This document shows, one piece after another, positions 1-11,565 of a DNA stretch of 64,000 nucleotides (its first letter is position 1; each line of letters starts with the position of its first letter). Under the pieces are notes generated by a model that searched no databases, was not told the DNA's origin, and saw only the letters and a list, made by a program, of their open reading frames with translations. Source of the DNA: Vicingaceae bacterium (GTDB lineage Bacteria > Bacteroidota > Bacteroidia > Flavobacteriales_E > Vicingaceae); NCBI GenBank assembly GCA_028245195.1, contig JAOKCF010000001.1, positions 228,326-292,325 of the forward strand. The letters are read 5' to 3'. A program made the translations under genes and the position numbers.

Positions 1-889
1 TCCACATGGTCCCTAAAAATACCGGTTCTTGGTTTTGCCTTGGTGTAAAATCAATTTGATAACAATAGCTGCCATCAATCACCAAACTATCAACTAAATA
101 GTAGCGATAAAAAGTCTTTCCAAAATTTGCAATTGGACTAACGAATGATTTTCCGAGAACGCTAATGTAGTTCTCATAAATATTTACATTCTGATACATA
201 TCTCCTAAAAACTGAGTAATACTCTCATTTGAAGTTCCCGAAACTTGAGATGCTTTTATATACTCCTTCTCAGACTTCGGATCTCTTCTGTAATAAAAGT
301 CAGAAACAGACTCTGTCATAAACATGGGCAAATACTTCTTTTCTGCTGATGTTGAATCCACAAAATCGAAAATGAATTGAAACTTGTTAAACATTTTTCG
401 GTTCTTAAAATCCTCCGTAATGTTGTTTAGATCGAATTCCACCTTATTGTATACTTCGTATTGATAGGCATCATACTTCTCTCGGTTATTGACCTCTTTA
501 TAGTTGTATACCCTTTCTAAGATTTCATGTGCAGGGTTTCCATTGTAAGTCACCACCACTTCATCAACTGCAACAGAGCCTGACTCCAGTTTGAAGTTAA
601 TAACCTGTTGCTCATCTCTTCTCACCTTCTTTGCTATCGTCTTGTAACCTATAAAGCTTGCTTGAAGTGAATCTGTTGGGTAGTAAGTTTCAATTCTAAA
701 TTTACCATTAATATCGGTTGAAGTTCCAACCTTAGAATTCTTAAAAAGCAAATTAACAAAAGGCAGAGTTTCGCCTGTCAAACCATCTGTAACCAATCCG
801 TAAACAATCGTTTTCTGAGCAATTAAAGTAGAAGAAAAAAGAAATATGCAACTAAAGGCTAGCCAAAGTTGAACTTTTGTAATATTCAT
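1..889 (-). CDS. carboxypeptidase-regulatory-like / DUF5686-type protein, N-terminal part (3' end runs off the window start)
   Basis: Not in the ORF track because it is edge-truncated. Manual translation of the complement from ATG at 887-889 gives MNITKVQLWLAFSCIFLFSSTLIAQKTIVYGLVTDGLTGETLPFVNLLFKNSKVGTSTDINGKFRIE..., a signal peptide followed by a CarboxypepD_reg-like segment. The frame stays open to position 2. Confidence 0.65.
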   Translation of the reverse strand, partial: MNITKVQLWLAFSCIFLFSSTLIAQKTIVYGLVTDGLTGETLPFVNLLFKNSKVGTSTDINGKFRIETYYPTDSLQASFIGYKTIAKKVRRDEQQVINFKLESGSVAVDEVVVTYNGNPAHEILERVYNYKEVNNREKYDAYQYEVYNKVEFDLNNITEDFKNRKMFNKFQFIFDFVDSTSAEKKYLPMFMTESVSDFYYRRDPKSEKEYIKASQVSGTSNESITQFLGDMYQNVNIYENYISVLGKSFVSPIANFGKTFYRYYLVDSLVIDGSYCYQIDFTPRQNQEPVFLGTMW

Positions 890-962
890 TTCTTTGTTAA
901 AATAACTACCGTTAAAAATAAGTATTCTTGTTTGCTACAAGAGAAGATTGCTTTATAAGTTG

Positions 963-1790
963 TTAAGATTTTTCCGCTTTCTTCTCGACCATTTTCGAAA
1001 TCAAGATACTGACTTCATAAAGCAATAATAATGGCAGCGAAACCAACACTTGACTCGTCAAATCAGGAGGTGTAATCAATCCTGAAAGCAACAGAACCGC
1101 GATAATTGAATGTCGACGATATGCTTTCATCAACTTAGGAGTTACAATTCCAATTTTAGACAGAAAATAAACCAATATAGGCAATTGAAAAATTAACCCA
1201 GTCGATAGTGTAATCGTTGTTACTGTTGAAATATACGACCTCAAACTGATTTGATTGACAATCATTTCACTTACAGAGTAACCTCCTAAAAACTGAACTG
1301 AGAGGGGAGTAATCATATAATACCCGAACAAAACTCCTGAAATAAATAAAAAAGAACCCCAAAAAACAAGTCCTCTAGCATAGCTAGACTCTCCTGTTTT
1401 AAGAGCCGGTTTAATAAATCTCCACACCTCAAACAGAAGGTAAGGAAACGCAATTATTATTCCTGCAATAAACGAAACAATGAGGTGCATGGAAAATTGA
1501 CCTGCCATCGTTAGGTTAACCAAATTGAAGGTTAAGTCATCAAAACACAACGCCCTTCCTAAGTTTAAAAACTCTGACAACCGACAAAAAAGTTGGTAGG
1601 TTAAAAAGGAATTGTCTGCCGGAGCTAAAACAATTACATCGAAAATAAAAGATTTAAAAACAAAGGCTGCAATAGCACCAATCATTATGGCTAATACAAT
1701 TCGAATTAAATGCCACCGCAATACCTCTAAGTGATCGAGAAAAGACATTTTACCTTCCTCTTCATCATCAAAACTTTGATCCATTGCCAT
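963..1790 (-). CDS. tatC: twin-arginine translocase subunit TatC
   Basis: 275-aa polytopic membrane ORF. The MSFLDHLEVLRWHL motif near the N-terminus and the six-TM layout are typical of TatC. The start could be an internal Met. Confidence 0.88.
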   Translation of the reverse strand: MAMDQSFDDEEEGKMSFLDHLEVLRWHLIRIVLAIMIGAIAAFVFKSFIFDVIVLAPADNSFLTYQLFCRLSEFLNLGRALCFDDLTFNLVNLTMAGQFSMHLIVSFIAGIIIAFPYLLFEVWRFIKPALKTGESSYARGLVFWGSFLFISGVLFGYYMITPLSVQFLGGYSVSEMIVNQISLRSYISTVTTITLSTGLIFQLPILVYFLSKIGIVTPKLMKAYRRHSIIAVLLLSGLITPPDLTSQVLVSLPLLLLYEVSILISKMVEKKAEKS

Positions 1791-1791
1791 G

Positions 1792-2757
1792 TTATATTAG
1801 CCCTTCCTTTAATAAGTCGTGAAAATGCACGACTCCAACATATTGATCCCCCTTAGTAATGAGCAGTTGTGAAATGTTCAATTCTTTCATTCTTGCCGCC
1901 GCTTCAATTGCCATTGATCCATCTTCCAATGTTTTGGGGTTTTTAGTGTAGATATCTTCAGCCTTCAATGTTTGAAGGTCAACTTTACGACTTAACATTC
2001 TACGCAAATCTCCGTCAGTAATAATTCCAACTAACACTTCACCTTCTAAAACTGCAGTTACTCCCAATCTCTTACTAGAAATTTCAAGAATTACCTCTTT
2101 TAAAGAGGCATTCAAACCAACTTGTGGCTTTTCATTTTGCTCGTATAAATCAGAAACTCTCAAATACAACTTTTTCCCTAGAGCTCCTCCTGGGTGATAT
2201 TTAGCAAAATCTTTACTCCCGAAATCGCGGCACTTGATTAAACAAACGGATAAAGCGTCTCCCATCACCATTTGTGCTGTTGTGCTGTTTGTAGGAGCTA
2301 AATTATTGGGACACGCCTCTTGATCTACTGCGCAACTTATTTTATAATCAGCTTGTTGTGCCAAAAACGAATCAAAATTACCGGTTAAGGCAATCAGTTT
2401 ATTCCCTAACGCCTTAATAAGTGGCACTAGAACTTTTACTTCAGGGGTATTGCCACTTTTTGAAATCAGGATAACCAAATCGTCCGATTGTACCATTCCT
2501 AAATCTCCATGAATCGCATCTGCAGCGTGCATAAACAATGATGGAGTCCCTGTTGAATTCAACGTAGCAACTATCTTTTGAGCAATGATAGCGCTCTTAC
2601 CTATACCGCTGACGACCAATCTACCTTTAGAACGATAGATTGTTTCAACAACATTCGAAAACTCCTCATCAATGGTGGAGATAAGGTTATCTATAGAATC
2701 TCGTTCAATTTCAAGCGTTTCTATTGCGATGGCTTTTATTTCTTGTGAATTTTTCAA
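1792..2757 (-). CDS. kpsF: KpsF/GutQ-family arabinose-5-phosphate isomerase (SIS domain plus tandem CBS)
   Basis: The SIS motifs VVSGIGKSAIIAQK and LISKSGNTPE are followed by two CBS-like repeats at the C-terminus. Length is 321 aa. Confidence 0.88.
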   Translation of the reverse strand: MKNSQEIKAIAIETLEIERDSIDNLISTIDEEFSNVVETIYRSKGRLVVSGIGKSAIIAQKIVATLNSTGTPSLFMHAADAIHGDLGMVQSDDLVILISKSGNTPEVKVLVPLIKALGNKLIALTGNFDSFLAQQADYKISCAVDQEACPNNLAPTNSTTAQMVMGDALSVCLIKCRDFGSKDFAKYHPGGALGKKLYLRVSDLYEQNEKPQVGLNASLKEVILEISSKRLGVTAVLEGEVLVGIITDGDLRRMLSRKVDLQTLKAEDIYTKNPKTLEDGSMAIEAAARMKELNISQLLITKGDQYVGVVHFHDLLKEGLI

Positions 2758-2854
2758 AAATGCATTTTTTGTTTTCAGAACTCCGATTTTTTACTAACTT
2801 GTATCTTTATTCGGAACGCTAAATTGAGTTCCAAAATTAACTAAAAGTCCATTC

Positions 2855-5032
2855 ATGCAAACAGCGTCCATGTCGCTTACTGATCAACTTAAAAAGTTCT
2901 TCGGTTTCAACTACTTTAAAGGAGAACAGGAGCAAGTAATTGAAAGCGTTTTGAAAGGCGATGACTCCTTCGTTATAATGCCTACAGGCGGTGGCAAGTC
3001 CATGTGCTATCAATTACCTGCATTAATCTCAGAAGGAACTGCAATTGTAGTTTCACCGTTAATTGCATTAATGAAGAATCAGGTAGACGCAATTAGAGGT
3101 TTTTCTACAGGAAACCATGTAGCGCATTTCATGAATTCTTCCTTAAATAAGACAGATTTAGCTATTGTTAAAGAAGATTTGGTTGCAGGTAAAACTAAAT
3201 TGCTGTATGTTGCCCCTGAGACCTTGACAAAGCAAGCCAATATAGACTTCTTTAAAACCATTAAGATTTCTTTTTTTGCCATTGACGAGGCACATTGTAT
3301 TTCAGAGTGGGGTCATGACTTTAGACCAGAATATAGAAGATTAAGAGAAATTATAGAGGCAATTCATAGAGTGCCAATTATTGCTTTAACTGCAACTGCA
3401 ACACCTAAAGTGCAGCAAGATATTCAGAAAAATCTGGGCATGTCTAATGCCAATGTATTTAAAGCTTCTTTTAACAGACCAAACCTATACTACGAGGTGA
3501 ATCCAAAAAAAGAGGCTAATTCTCAAATTGTAAAGTACATTAATCAATACCAAGGCAAATCTGGTATTGTTTACTGTTTAAGTAGAAAGAAGGTTGAAGA
3601 GGTTGCTGAAACACTTCAAATCAATGGTGTAAAAGCACTTCCATACCATGCCGGATTAGATGCCGGAACAAGAGCAAAACACCAAGACATGTTTTTGATG
3701 GAGGAAGCAGATGTGATTGTAGCAACAATTGCTTTTGGCATGGGTATTGACAAACCTGACGTTAGGTTTGTAATTCATCATGACATTCCAAAAAGTTTAG
3801 AAGGTTACTACCAAGAAACAGGAAGAGCAGGCCGAGATGGCGGAGAAGGCAAATGCATTGCTTTTTACAGTTACAAAGACATTGAAAAACTAGAAAAATT
3901 TCTACAAGGAAAACCTGTAGCAGAGCAAGAAATAGGAAGACAATTGATTTTTGAAACAGTTTCATATGCTGAAACGCCTGTTTGCAGACGAAAACAGTTG
4001 CTTCACTATTTTGGAGAAACGTACGAAGAAGAAAACTGCGGGAGTTGCGACAATTGCATTAATCCAAGGGTTGAATTTGACGCGAAAGACAATATGGCTT
4101 TACTTATAAGCACCATATTAGAATTGAAAGAAAATTTTAAAGCAAATTACATTTCTAACTTTTTAGCTGGAAAAATAACTAGTGAAATCAAATCATTGAG
4201 AAACGATGAACACAAGTCATTTGGTGCCGGAAAAGACATTGAAGAAATTAAATGGAATTCGATTATCCGACAGTCGATTATTAACAATTACATCATTAAA
4301 GAAATTGAGAATTACGGAGTATTAAAAATTAGTGAAAAAGGACGAGAGTTTTTGGCCAACCCGCATAGCATAACAATGGTAGAGCCTAAAAAATACGATG
4401 CCAACGCCCCTATCATTTCAGCCAATGCTAAAGGAGGAGCTTCAGATGAAGAATTATTTGCGATTCTCAAAGAACTTAGGAAAGAAGTAGCTCGAGATGA
4501 AGATTTACCGACTTACGTCATTCTTGCTGAAGTATCCCTTGAAGACATGGCAACACAGTACCCCATTACCATGGAAGAGCTGTGTAATATTACAGGAGTT
4601 GGTCAGGGAAAAGCAGAGAAGTTTGGCGAACCATTTTTAGAAGCAATAAAAGATTATGTTGAAGAAAATGAAATAGAGCGACCAGATGATATGATCGTTA
4701 AATCAGTGGTTAATAAATCAGGGTTAAAAGTATTTATCATCCAAAGTATTGACAGAAAGCTGACACTAGAGGATATAGCTACTGCCAAAGGCAAAGATGT
4801 TGATGATATTTTGGAAGAAATAGAACACATTGTTGCAAGTGGAACTAAAGTGAATTTAGACCACATTTTAAATGACTTGCTAGATGAAGAATACCAAGAA
4901 GAAATAATTGATTATTTCAGAGAAACAGAAGAAGATTCTATTGACGATGCGATTCAGGAGTTTGATGAAACCTATTCAGAGGAAGAGCTTAGAATGATGC
5001 GCATCAAATTCTTATCTATCATGGGCAACTAA
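2855..5032 (+). CDS. recQ: ATP-dependent DNA helicase RecQ
   Basis: Walker [13 protein letters not shown] box [20 protein letters not shown], Zn-binding Cys cluster [12 protein letters not shown]...CGSCDNC, and an HRDC-like C-terminal region. Length is 725 aa. Confidence 0.95.
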   Translation: MQTASMSLTDQLKKFFGFNYFKGEQEQVIESVLKGDDSFVIMPTGGGKSMCYQLPALISEGTAIVVSPLIALMKNQVDAIRGFSTGNHVAHFMNSSLNKTDLAIVKEDLVAGKTKLLYVAPETLTKQANIDFFKTIKISFFAIDEAHCISEWGHDFRPEYRRLREIIEAIHRVPIIALTATATPKVQQDIQKNLGMSNANVFKASFNRPNLYYEVNPKKEANSQIVKYINQYQGKSGIVYCLSRKKVEEVAETLQINGVKALPYHAGLDAGTRAKHQDMFLMEEADVIVATIAFGMGIDKPDVRFVIHHDIPKSLEGYYQETGRAGRDGGEGKCIAFYSYKDIEKLEKFLQGKPVAEQEIGRQLIFETVSYAETPVCRRKQLLHYFGETYEEENCGSCDNCINPRVEFDAKDNMALLISTILELKENFKANYISNFLAGKITSEIKSLRNDEHKSFGAGKDIEEIKWNSIIRQSIINNYIIKEIENYGVLKISEKGREFLANPHSITMVEPKKYDANAPIISANAKGGASDEELFAILKELRKEVARDEDLPTYVILAEVSLEDMATQYPITMEELCNITGVGQGKAEKFGEPFLEAIKDYVEENEIERPDDMIVKSVVNKSGLKVFIIQSIDRKLTLEDIATAKGKDVDDILEEIEHIVASGTKVNLDHILNDLLDEEYQEEIIDYFRETEEDSIDDAIQEFDETYSEEELRMMRIKFLSIMGN

Positions 5033-6990
5033 CTTTCGTATTGATTCAATTCAATTTCTAAACGCTCAAGTTCTGCTTCCTCTTTTTCCCATTGCTCCAT
5101 TGAGTCCTCAAGTTGTTGACCTAGCTTAGGCCAATTCTCAACCAATTCCTTATTCTTAGGGTTTGTGTAAGCGTCTGGCAACTTTAATTGCTCGTTTGCA
5201 TCAGCCAATTCCGATTCCAAGTCAGAAACGCTTTTTTCAACCTTATTTACAACATTCTTTTGAGTGCGAATTTTCTTTTTCAAATCCTTTTTGATTTGAT
5301 ACGCATTAGGATCATTTGATTTTGACTTCAACTCAGGTTCTGAACTTTTAACCATTTTTGTTGACTCCCAAACCCTAATATTGTCTGACTTCTTAGAACG
5401 TAAAAACTGATCGATACCACCTAGGTGCTCCCTCACTTTTCCTTGAGAAAACTCATAAATTTTTTCAGTCAATCCTTTTAGAAAGTCCCGATCATGTGAA
5501 ATTAAAATCATTGCCCCATCATAACGAAGTAGAGCATCTTTTAAAATTTCTTTCGAACGAATGTCCAAGTGATTAGTAGGCTCATCCAGAATAAGCAAAT
5601 TTACGGGTTCTAATAACAATTTACACATTGCCAGTCGAGCTCTTTCACCACCAGAAAGCACTTTTACCTTCTTATCAGACTCTTCGCCACCAAACAAAAA
5701 AGAGCCTAGTAGAGACCTTATTTTCGTTCGAATCTCACCGGTAGCGGCTTCATCAATAGTTTCAAATACCGTTTTCTCAACGTCTAATATTTCAGATTGA
5801 TTTTGTGCGAAGTAACCAATCTTAACTTGATATCCCAACTCTATTTCTCCAGAATCGTAACCTTCACTAACGATTAATCTAGACATGGTTGACTTCCCTT
5901 CACCGTTTTTTCCTAATAAAGCTATTTTTTCACCTCGCTCTATGCTAAAGCTCACATCATCAAAAATAGTTTTGCCGTCATATTTTTTAGTAACTTCTTC
6001 CACTCTCAAGCTCACTTTGCCTGAATGTGGTGCTATAGGAAAAGAAAACCTCATAGCAGCATTGTCTTCCACATCTATTTCAATTCGATTCAATCTGTCA
6101 AGTGCTTTTATTCTTGACTGAACCTGAACAGCTTTTGTAGCCTTAGCTCTAAATCGATTGATAAAATCTTCTTGTTCCTTAATATGTTTTTGCTGATTTG
6201 TATATGCTGCCATTTCTTGCTCTCGTCGTTCCTTTCTTAATTCCAAATACTTAGTATAAGGAGCAGCATAATCGTAAATTTTACCCAATGATATTTCTAC
6301 CGTCCGATTCGTTAGGTTATCTAAGAATGCCCTATCGTGAGAAATCAGCACAACTGCACCAGGATATGTATCTAGAAAATCCTCAAGCCATTGTATAGAT
6401 TCAATATCGAGATGGTTGGTAGGCTCATCTAACAATAACAGGTCCGACTGCTGTAAAAGAATTTTAGCTAATTCTATTCTCATTCTCCATCCACCACTGA
6501 ATTCATCTGTTTGTCTTTGAAAATCTTTGCGACTAAAACCTAAACCAATCAGAATTTTTTCTATTTCAGCTTCCATGGTATCTATACCTAACAAGCTTAA
6601 CTTTTCATTTAAATCGGAAAGTTCATCCAATATTTCCATGTAGGAATCAGATTCATAATCTTCACGAGTTGCTAGTTGGTGATTAATTTCATCAATTCGA
6701 TTTTGAATATCTAAACTCGTGCTGAAGCTCGTTTCTGTTTCCTCCCAAACTGTCCTTCCAGATTCAAAATCCATATCTTGCTGCAAATACCCCAAAGTAA
6801 GTCCTGTAGGAAAAGAGATTGCTCCTGAATCTAACTTCTGAATTCCTGCAAGCGCTTTCAACATAGTAGACTTGCCTGCTCCATTCTTTCCAACCAAACC
6901 TATCCGATCTTGCTTGTTAATAATAAAAGATATCGAGTTAAATATCGCTCGATCAGCGAAATGTAACACAGCATTGTTTACTCCAACCAT
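5029..6990 (-). CDS. ABC-F family ATPase (two ABC domains, C-terminal coiled coil)
   Basis: Two Walker A motifs ([18 protein letters not shown]), two signature motifs ([16 protein letters not shown]), no TM segments, and a Lys/Glu-rich tail. The start is placed at [11 protein letters not shown] (ATG complement 6988-6990). The track start at 7017 is an alternative. Confidence 0.85.
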   Translation of the reverse strand: MVGVNNAVLHFADRAIFNSISFIINKQDRIGLVGKNGAGKSTMLKALAGIQKLDSGAISFPTGLTLGYLQQDMDFESGRTVWEETETSFSTSLDIQNRIDEINHQLATREDYESDSYMEILDELSDLNEKLSLLGIDTMEAEIEKILIGLGFSRKDFQRQTDEFSGGWRMRIELAKILLQQSDLLLLDEPTNHLDIESIQWLEDFLDTYPGAVVLISHDRAFLDNLTNRTVEISLGKIYDYAAPYTKYLELRKERREQEMAAYTNQQKHIKEQEDFINRFRAKATKAVQVQSRIKALDRLNRIEIDVEDNAAMRFSFPIAPHSGKVSLRVEEVTKKYDGKTIFDDVSFSIERGEKIALLGKNGEGKSTMSRLIVSEGYDSGEIELGYQVKIGYFAQNQSEILDVEKTVFETIDEAATGEIRTKIRSLLGSFLFGGEESDKKVKVLSGGERARLAMCKLLLEPVNLLILDEPTNHLDIRSKEILKDALLRYDGAMILISHDRDFLKGLTEKIYEFSQGKVREHLGGIDQFLRSKKSDNIRVWESTKMVKSSEPELKSKSNDPNAYQIKKDLKKKIRTQKNVVNKVEKSVSDLESELADANEQLKLPDAYTNPKNKELVENWPKLGQQLEDSMEQWEKEEAELERLEIELNQYES

Positions 6991-7042
6991 AACCGCAAAA
7001 GTACCAAACTCATTCACGAAAAAAGGGGATTTTTACAGTGTT

Positions 7043-7669
7043 ATGAAACATAAATTAATTGTAAATAAAACTGCCCATTATTATCACCACCCAGCTGTAA
7101 TTTCAACCAAAGGAGTAATTGTCGCTATACATGGTTATGCCCAATTGGCTGGGGAGTTTGGTGATAACGTCAAAGAACTTTCAACGAATGGTTTCGACAT
7201 ATATGTGCCAGAAGCGTTATCAAAATTTTACAATAGAGAGAGACAACCAGTAGCAAGTTGGATGACTTCATATGAAAGGGAAGATGAGATTAACGACTAT
7301 AAAAAATACTTAGAAACATTAATGCAGCTAATTATAAAGAAAAACCCCAGCACCCCAATCCACCTAATTGGATTTTCTCAAGGAGTATCAACACTGCTGC
7401 GTTGGTATGCCTACTCAAACACAAATGCTGCATCAGTTCACTTAATAGCAGGAAGTATTCCTCAAGAGCTTTCTTCAGATAATATAAATCAATTGATGGC
7501 GAATAAATATTACTATTACTATGGCATTAAAGATCGTCTGGTGATAGAATCTCAAGTGAATGAATATTTAGATCAACTTACAGAAATTGGTATTGATTAT
7601 GAAAAGATCTTATTTGACGGAAGGCACGAAGTACCAAAAGAGTTAGTAGAGCTATTTAAAACCTTATAA
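7043..7669 (+). CDS. alpha/beta hydrolase (phospholipase/carboxylesterase-like)
   Basis: Contains the nucleophile elbow GFSQG and a C-terminal DGRHEVP (His). The ATG at 7043 (MKHKLIV...) is chosen because the track start at 6872 lies antisense inside the ABC-F gene. Confidence 0.6.
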   Translation: MKHKLIVNKTAHYYHHPAVISTKGVIVAIHGYAQLAGEFGDNVKELSTNGFDIYVPEALSKFYNRERQPVASWMTSYEREDEINDYKKYLETLMQLIIKKNPSTPIHLIGFSQGVSTLLRWYAYSNTNAASVHLIAGSIPQELSSDNINQLMANKYYYYYGIKDRLVIESQVNEYLDQLTEIGIDYEKILFDGRHEVPKELVELFKTL

Positions 7670-8962
7670 ACGATCATAAATTCCCTTTTTAGCTTGTATT
7701 GTTTGGATTACTCCTCTAGACACCATAAAGAGCGTAAAAGCAAACCATACACCATGATTGCCGAATAAAGAAAGGAAAAAATAATAACTCGGCAGGAATA
7801 TTAAGAATATTGAAGTATGCAAGGACCATTTCATTTGCTTACTAGCGGTGCAACCTATATAGATTCCATCCCAAATAAATGCAATTGAATGAATAATTGG
7901 CGCAACAATTACCCATGGCAAGTATGGAATTGCTGCTTGAATAACGTCTTGTTGGTTCGTTAGCAATTCCAAAATAAATCGACCGAATACAAAAAACACC
8001 AAACTTCCTACAAGGCCAATTGACAATCCTATTTGAAACGCAACTTTAATGGATTTTTTAACCAAATCCAGCCTCCCTATGCCAAAGTACTCTCCCGAAA
8101 TTGATTCTGCAGCGAATGCCAAACTATCAGTCCCAAATGCCGACAAGCTAATAAATTCAAGTAATAATAAATTCCCAGCCCCAAAATTTACTTCAAGTTC
8201 TGCTGCATTTACTTTAAAAAATGTCATGGTAAACAGCAAACATAATGTTCGAATAAATAAATTCCCATTGACTAGAACAAATTCTTTCCAAGCCGAATCC
8301 TATCTTGAACTACTTTTGAAATACTTTAACCAGGTCGTACTGTACTGCTTAAAAATAAAATATACTCCCAACATCAGTCCCACATATTGTGCTAACAATG
8401 TACCAATTGCAACACCCTTAATACCATAACCAAACGACTTTACTAAGACAGCACTAACAATGATGTTTACAACATTTATTACTATGGCAATAGTTAATGC
8501 AAGTTTTGGCCGTTGAATACCCATAAGCCAAACATTTACAACAAACAATATAATACTAGCAGGAGCTGTATAAATTCTAATGCTAAAATATTCATAGATC
8601 AAGTTAAAACTATAAGCTGAAACATCCACTAGACTTTTAGCAAAATTTAATATAGGACTTTGCAATACAATAAACGCAAATCCAAGTAGAGTGGAAGTTG
8701 TTAATCCTTTAACTAAAACTTTTTTAATGACTACATCCGCACCTTCACCAAAAGCTTGAGCCACCTGTCCCGTTGTTCCCATTCGCAAAAACCCGAAAGC
8801 CCAATACAGCATATTAAAAATCGCACCAGATAATCCAATCGCTATTATATACGTTGAATCATTCATATGTCCCATTAACATCACATCAAGTAAACTAACT
8901 AACGGTACAGTTAAATTTGTTACAATGTTAGGAATGGCAAGCTTTACAAAGCTCTTATACAT
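7664..8962 (-). pseudogene. MATE family efflux transporter interrupted by one in-frame TAG
   Basis: ORFs 8300-8962 and 7664-8239 are in the same frame. The complement of 8300-8302 is TAG. Read-through gives ...KYFKSSSR*DSAWKEFVLVNGNLFIRTLCLLFTMTFF..., about 431 codons in total, which is the usual MATE size with 12 TM segments. Confidence 0.8.
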
Positions 8963-8967
8963 ACACT

Positions 8968-9000
8968 AAAAAAAAGCCCCAATCTATTAAGATTAGGGCT
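8968..9000 (-). terminator. Rho-independent terminator after gldN
   Basis: On the minus strand an 11-bp stem AGCCCTAATCT/AGATTGGGGCT with loop TAAT is followed by T8. It sits between the gldN stop (9021) and the MATE start (8962). Confidence 0.7.
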
Positions 9001-9020
9001 TTAAACTTTTTGAGTGACTT

Positions 9021-9878
9021 CTAGTACTCCCACATATCGTGTTCAAAATTCACGATTTCTTGTTGAATTTTTTGAGCCTCTAACAATCGATCTAGATTTT
9101 TAGTATATTCTTCTAGGATTCTGTTATCATATACATTGGTCTCTTTATAAATGAAACCAGAAAACATTCTCTTTCTAAACAAGTCTTCGTACGTCATTCG
9201 AGAACCATCATTTTGGGTATTGTATACCTCATGATTAGCTAACACGTATCTCGCTTCAGGAAAATAAATCCAAAAAAGACCTTCTTTTCTTGTAGTACCG
9301 GTTTCAGTGTTAAGCGTTTCAATAACGGGCAAAACACCAATAATTCGCACTTCCATCACCGACCGCTCTCTATCAAAAAACCAATCTTCTTTAATTCTGT
9401 AGCTTTTAACGTTTTTTGCAGTTAACACATCAAAATAGCTCGTTTCTATTTCTAACCCTGTTTCAGCATCAATATCAGTAGAAAAAACTTCTTTCGACAA
9501 TTTTCCAATAGCTTCACTTTTGGGAAGTGGGATTTGAAATTGTCCACCCACACCATCCTCGTCATATGCTGTCATTTCACCTGCCTCAACAGCATTTTTA
9601 ATAACATCAAACAAGCTTAATCTCTCATATCCGATTTCCTTAATTGGCGATAAAGGATAATACAGAGGATGATTCATTTTTTCTTTCAAATCAATGATTC
9701 TCCAAACTCGTTTTAGATAGGTAACATCTGCTTCCCTAACATGCGTATATGGAATTACCCTTCGAGTTGGTGACGTTTCTTTAATGAAAACACCATCTAA
9801 CACCTTATTTTCTCCTTGTGCGAATGCACTTTGAACAACAAATAATGTTACTAAAAAACTAAATACAACCTTTTTCAT
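9021..9878 (-). CDS. gldN: gliding motility / T9SS protein GldN (PorN)
   Basis: It is the last gene of the K-L-M-N order. The signal peptide MKKVVFSFLVTLFVVQSAFAQ starts from ATG (complement 9876-9878). The longer track ORF would overlap the gldM end. Confidence 0.85.
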   Translation of the reverse strand: MKKVVFSFLVTLFVVQSAFAQGENKVLDGVFIKETSPTRRVIPYTHVREADVTYLKRVWRIIDLKEKMNHPLYYPLSPIKEIGYERLSLFDVIKNAVEAGEMTAYDEDGVGGQFQIPLPKSEAIGKLSKEVFSTDIDAETGLEIETSYFDVLTAKNVKSYRIKEDWFFDRERSVMEVRIIGVLPVIETLNTETGTTRKEGLFWIYFPEARYVLANHEVYNTQNDGSRMTYEDLFRKRMFSGFIYKETNVYDNRILEEYTKNLDRLLEAQKIQQEIVNFEHDMWEY

Positions 9879-9888
9879 AGTATTATTT

Positions 9889-11526
9889 TTAAACAGCCTT
9901 AAGAACAATTGAACCAAGCTTTCTTTGCTCGCCATCAGGCATCGTTGCCTTAATATCCTCAAATGTAACTCTAGAGCCTGGTCTGATATTTTTTAAGACT
10001 GATCTCATCTGATTACTAAACTTAGGCCCTTTTACTGGAATTTCTTTTGATAATCCGTTCGCTTGGGTGTAAACAAATTTAAATGATGAAACTACTACTC
10101 GAACATCAAATTCAAAATTTTCCATTTTTGCAATAATTCCTGAAGTCCCTGCGAGCTTACCTCTTGGTATTGCACCAGAAGACTTTCCTCCAATTTGAGC
10201 AATAGGAGTAGGTATTCTTTTCACACGAAATTCCATAGAACCCATTCTCTGACGATTTCCATCAACTTCAGCAGAAACACTTACAACTGCCTTTCCAGGA
10301 GTTTTAACTTTAACCACCCATCCATCTTTCGATTTTGAAATAGATCCTCCAGAAACAGAAGCCGAAATTTTATCTTTTGGCACACCAGATGCCGAAATAT
10401 CCACAGGATTTGGAACTCCGATGTAGAAAACATTCATCGCTGTTGCAGAAATAGTTGTACTTGGCGCTGCAACTTGATAGTCTATAGAATATGGATATTG
10501 CTCCATTCCCTTAGGCCCTTTAAAGTTAATCACACCTTTATATGAAAACAGACCTTGAGATCTTGTAGGAATTTTAATGTATCCATTTCCCTTAACAACG
10601 CTAATTGGAATTTCCTCTCCTGTAATCTTTTTGGTGATAGAATCATAACCTTCTCCTAATAAAATTTCAGGAGACATAGTTGTATCAAATGCCGCTAAGA
10701 AAACCTTTGCACTAAATGTATCGCCTGCAATTACATAATTTGAATTAGGTATAATAGCAGGTGCTAAACCTGTAAATTTATACGTTAATTCATCTGCAGC
10801 TCCAAACAAATACTTCACAACGTCAGACTCAAATGCTCTAACATCTGTTTGCATTTTTGTTAGTAAAGTAATCGTTGCAGCACAAGGAACACTGTAAAAA
10901 TTCCAAGAAGGCCAATTTTCGTTATTTCCTCCAGCCGCTATGCGATCTTCGAATTTATACGTTTCATCCAATGAACTTTGAATCGGTGAGACCTTTGGTA
11001 GAAAACCCTTCAACTCATCTTTAAAAACCGTCAACTTACTCATTAAATCCATTGCTGAATATTCGTCAGTCTTAGGGTTAGAAGGCTCAGAGCCTACCAA
11101 TATTTGAGTTGGAATCAAATAATTATCCTTTACTTTCACATATTTCAAGTCAAGAATTGTATCTACTCCATATTGATTTTTTCCGCGCGCTGTTTCCTCC
11201 GTATATTCCGGCTGAACTCCCGCAATAATTTTAACCTTTATATCATCAATATACGTTACTAACTCATCCGCAAGTTTTTGAACTTTTTGAGCCTTTGCCC
11301 AACCATCGCCAAACTTATCTTTATTCTCTGCAAATTGATTTGAAAATCTTGTATATTGATCGTCATTTTTATCTTTAAAGTTGTTCTTGGTATTCTCCAA
11401 GCCGCTGTTTACCGTAACAAATGCGTTAAGGATATCTTTGGAAACGTTCATCGCTAATAAAGCGGTTAGTACCAAGTACATCATCCCAATCATTTTCTGT
11501 CGTGGTGGTAATTTACCTCCTGCCAT
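9889..11526 (-). CDS. gldM: gliding motility / T9SS protein GldM (PorM)
   Basis: The N-terminus MAGGKLPPRQKMIGMMYLVLTALLAMNVS is the canonical GldM start with a single TM segment. A long periplasmic region follows. Length is 545 aa. Confidence 0.9.
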   Translation of the reverse strand: MAGGKLPPRQKMIGMMYLVLTALLAMNVSKDILNAFVTVNSGLENTKNNFKDKNDDQYTRFSNQFAENKDKFGDGWAKAQKVQKLADELVTYIDDIKVKIIAGVQPEYTEETARGKNQYGVDTILDLKYVKVKDNYLIPTQILVGSEPSNPKTDEYSAMDLMSKLTVFKDELKGFLPKVSPIQSSLDETYKFEDRIAAGGNNENWPSWNFYSVPCAATITLLTKMQTDVRAFESDVVKYLFGAADELTYKFTGLAPAIIPNSNYVIAGDTFSAKVFLAAFDTTMSPEILLGEGYDSITKKITGEEIPISVVKGNGYIKIPTRSQGLFSYKGVINFKGPKGMEQYPYSIDYQVAAPSTTISATAMNVFYIGVPNPVDISASGVPKDKISASVSGGSISKSKDGWVVKVKTPGKAVVSVSAEVDGNRQRMGSMEFRVKRIPTPIAQIGGKSSGAIPRGKLAGTSGIIAKMENFEFDVRVVVSSFKFVYTQANGLSKEIPVKGPKFSNQMRSVLKNIRPGSRVTFEDIKATMPDGEQRKLGSIVLKAV

Positions 11527-11565
11527 TCTATTTAATTTTTAGTATGTTTTTGAAAATGATTAATG

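Noticed and set aside
3079-4866. Three minus-strand ORFs (3079-3282, 3762-3965, 4654-4866) inside recQ
   Set aside because: They are antisense to a well-supported 725-aa helicase gene. They are short and low-complexity with no recognisable motifs, which is typical of shadow ORFs in AT-rich DNA.
5029-5032. Convergent overlapping stop codons (recQ/ABC-F here; ilvE/sixA-like at 32381-32384; arfB/rluA-family at 33820-33823)
   Set aside because: This reflects compact genome organisation. No functional implication can be supported from the sequence.
6872-7042. N-terminal extension of the hydrolase ORF (track start 6872)
   Set aside because: The extension is antisense to the ABC-F Walker A region. 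The internal ATG at 7043 follows the ABC-F start and gives a normal-length hydrolase.
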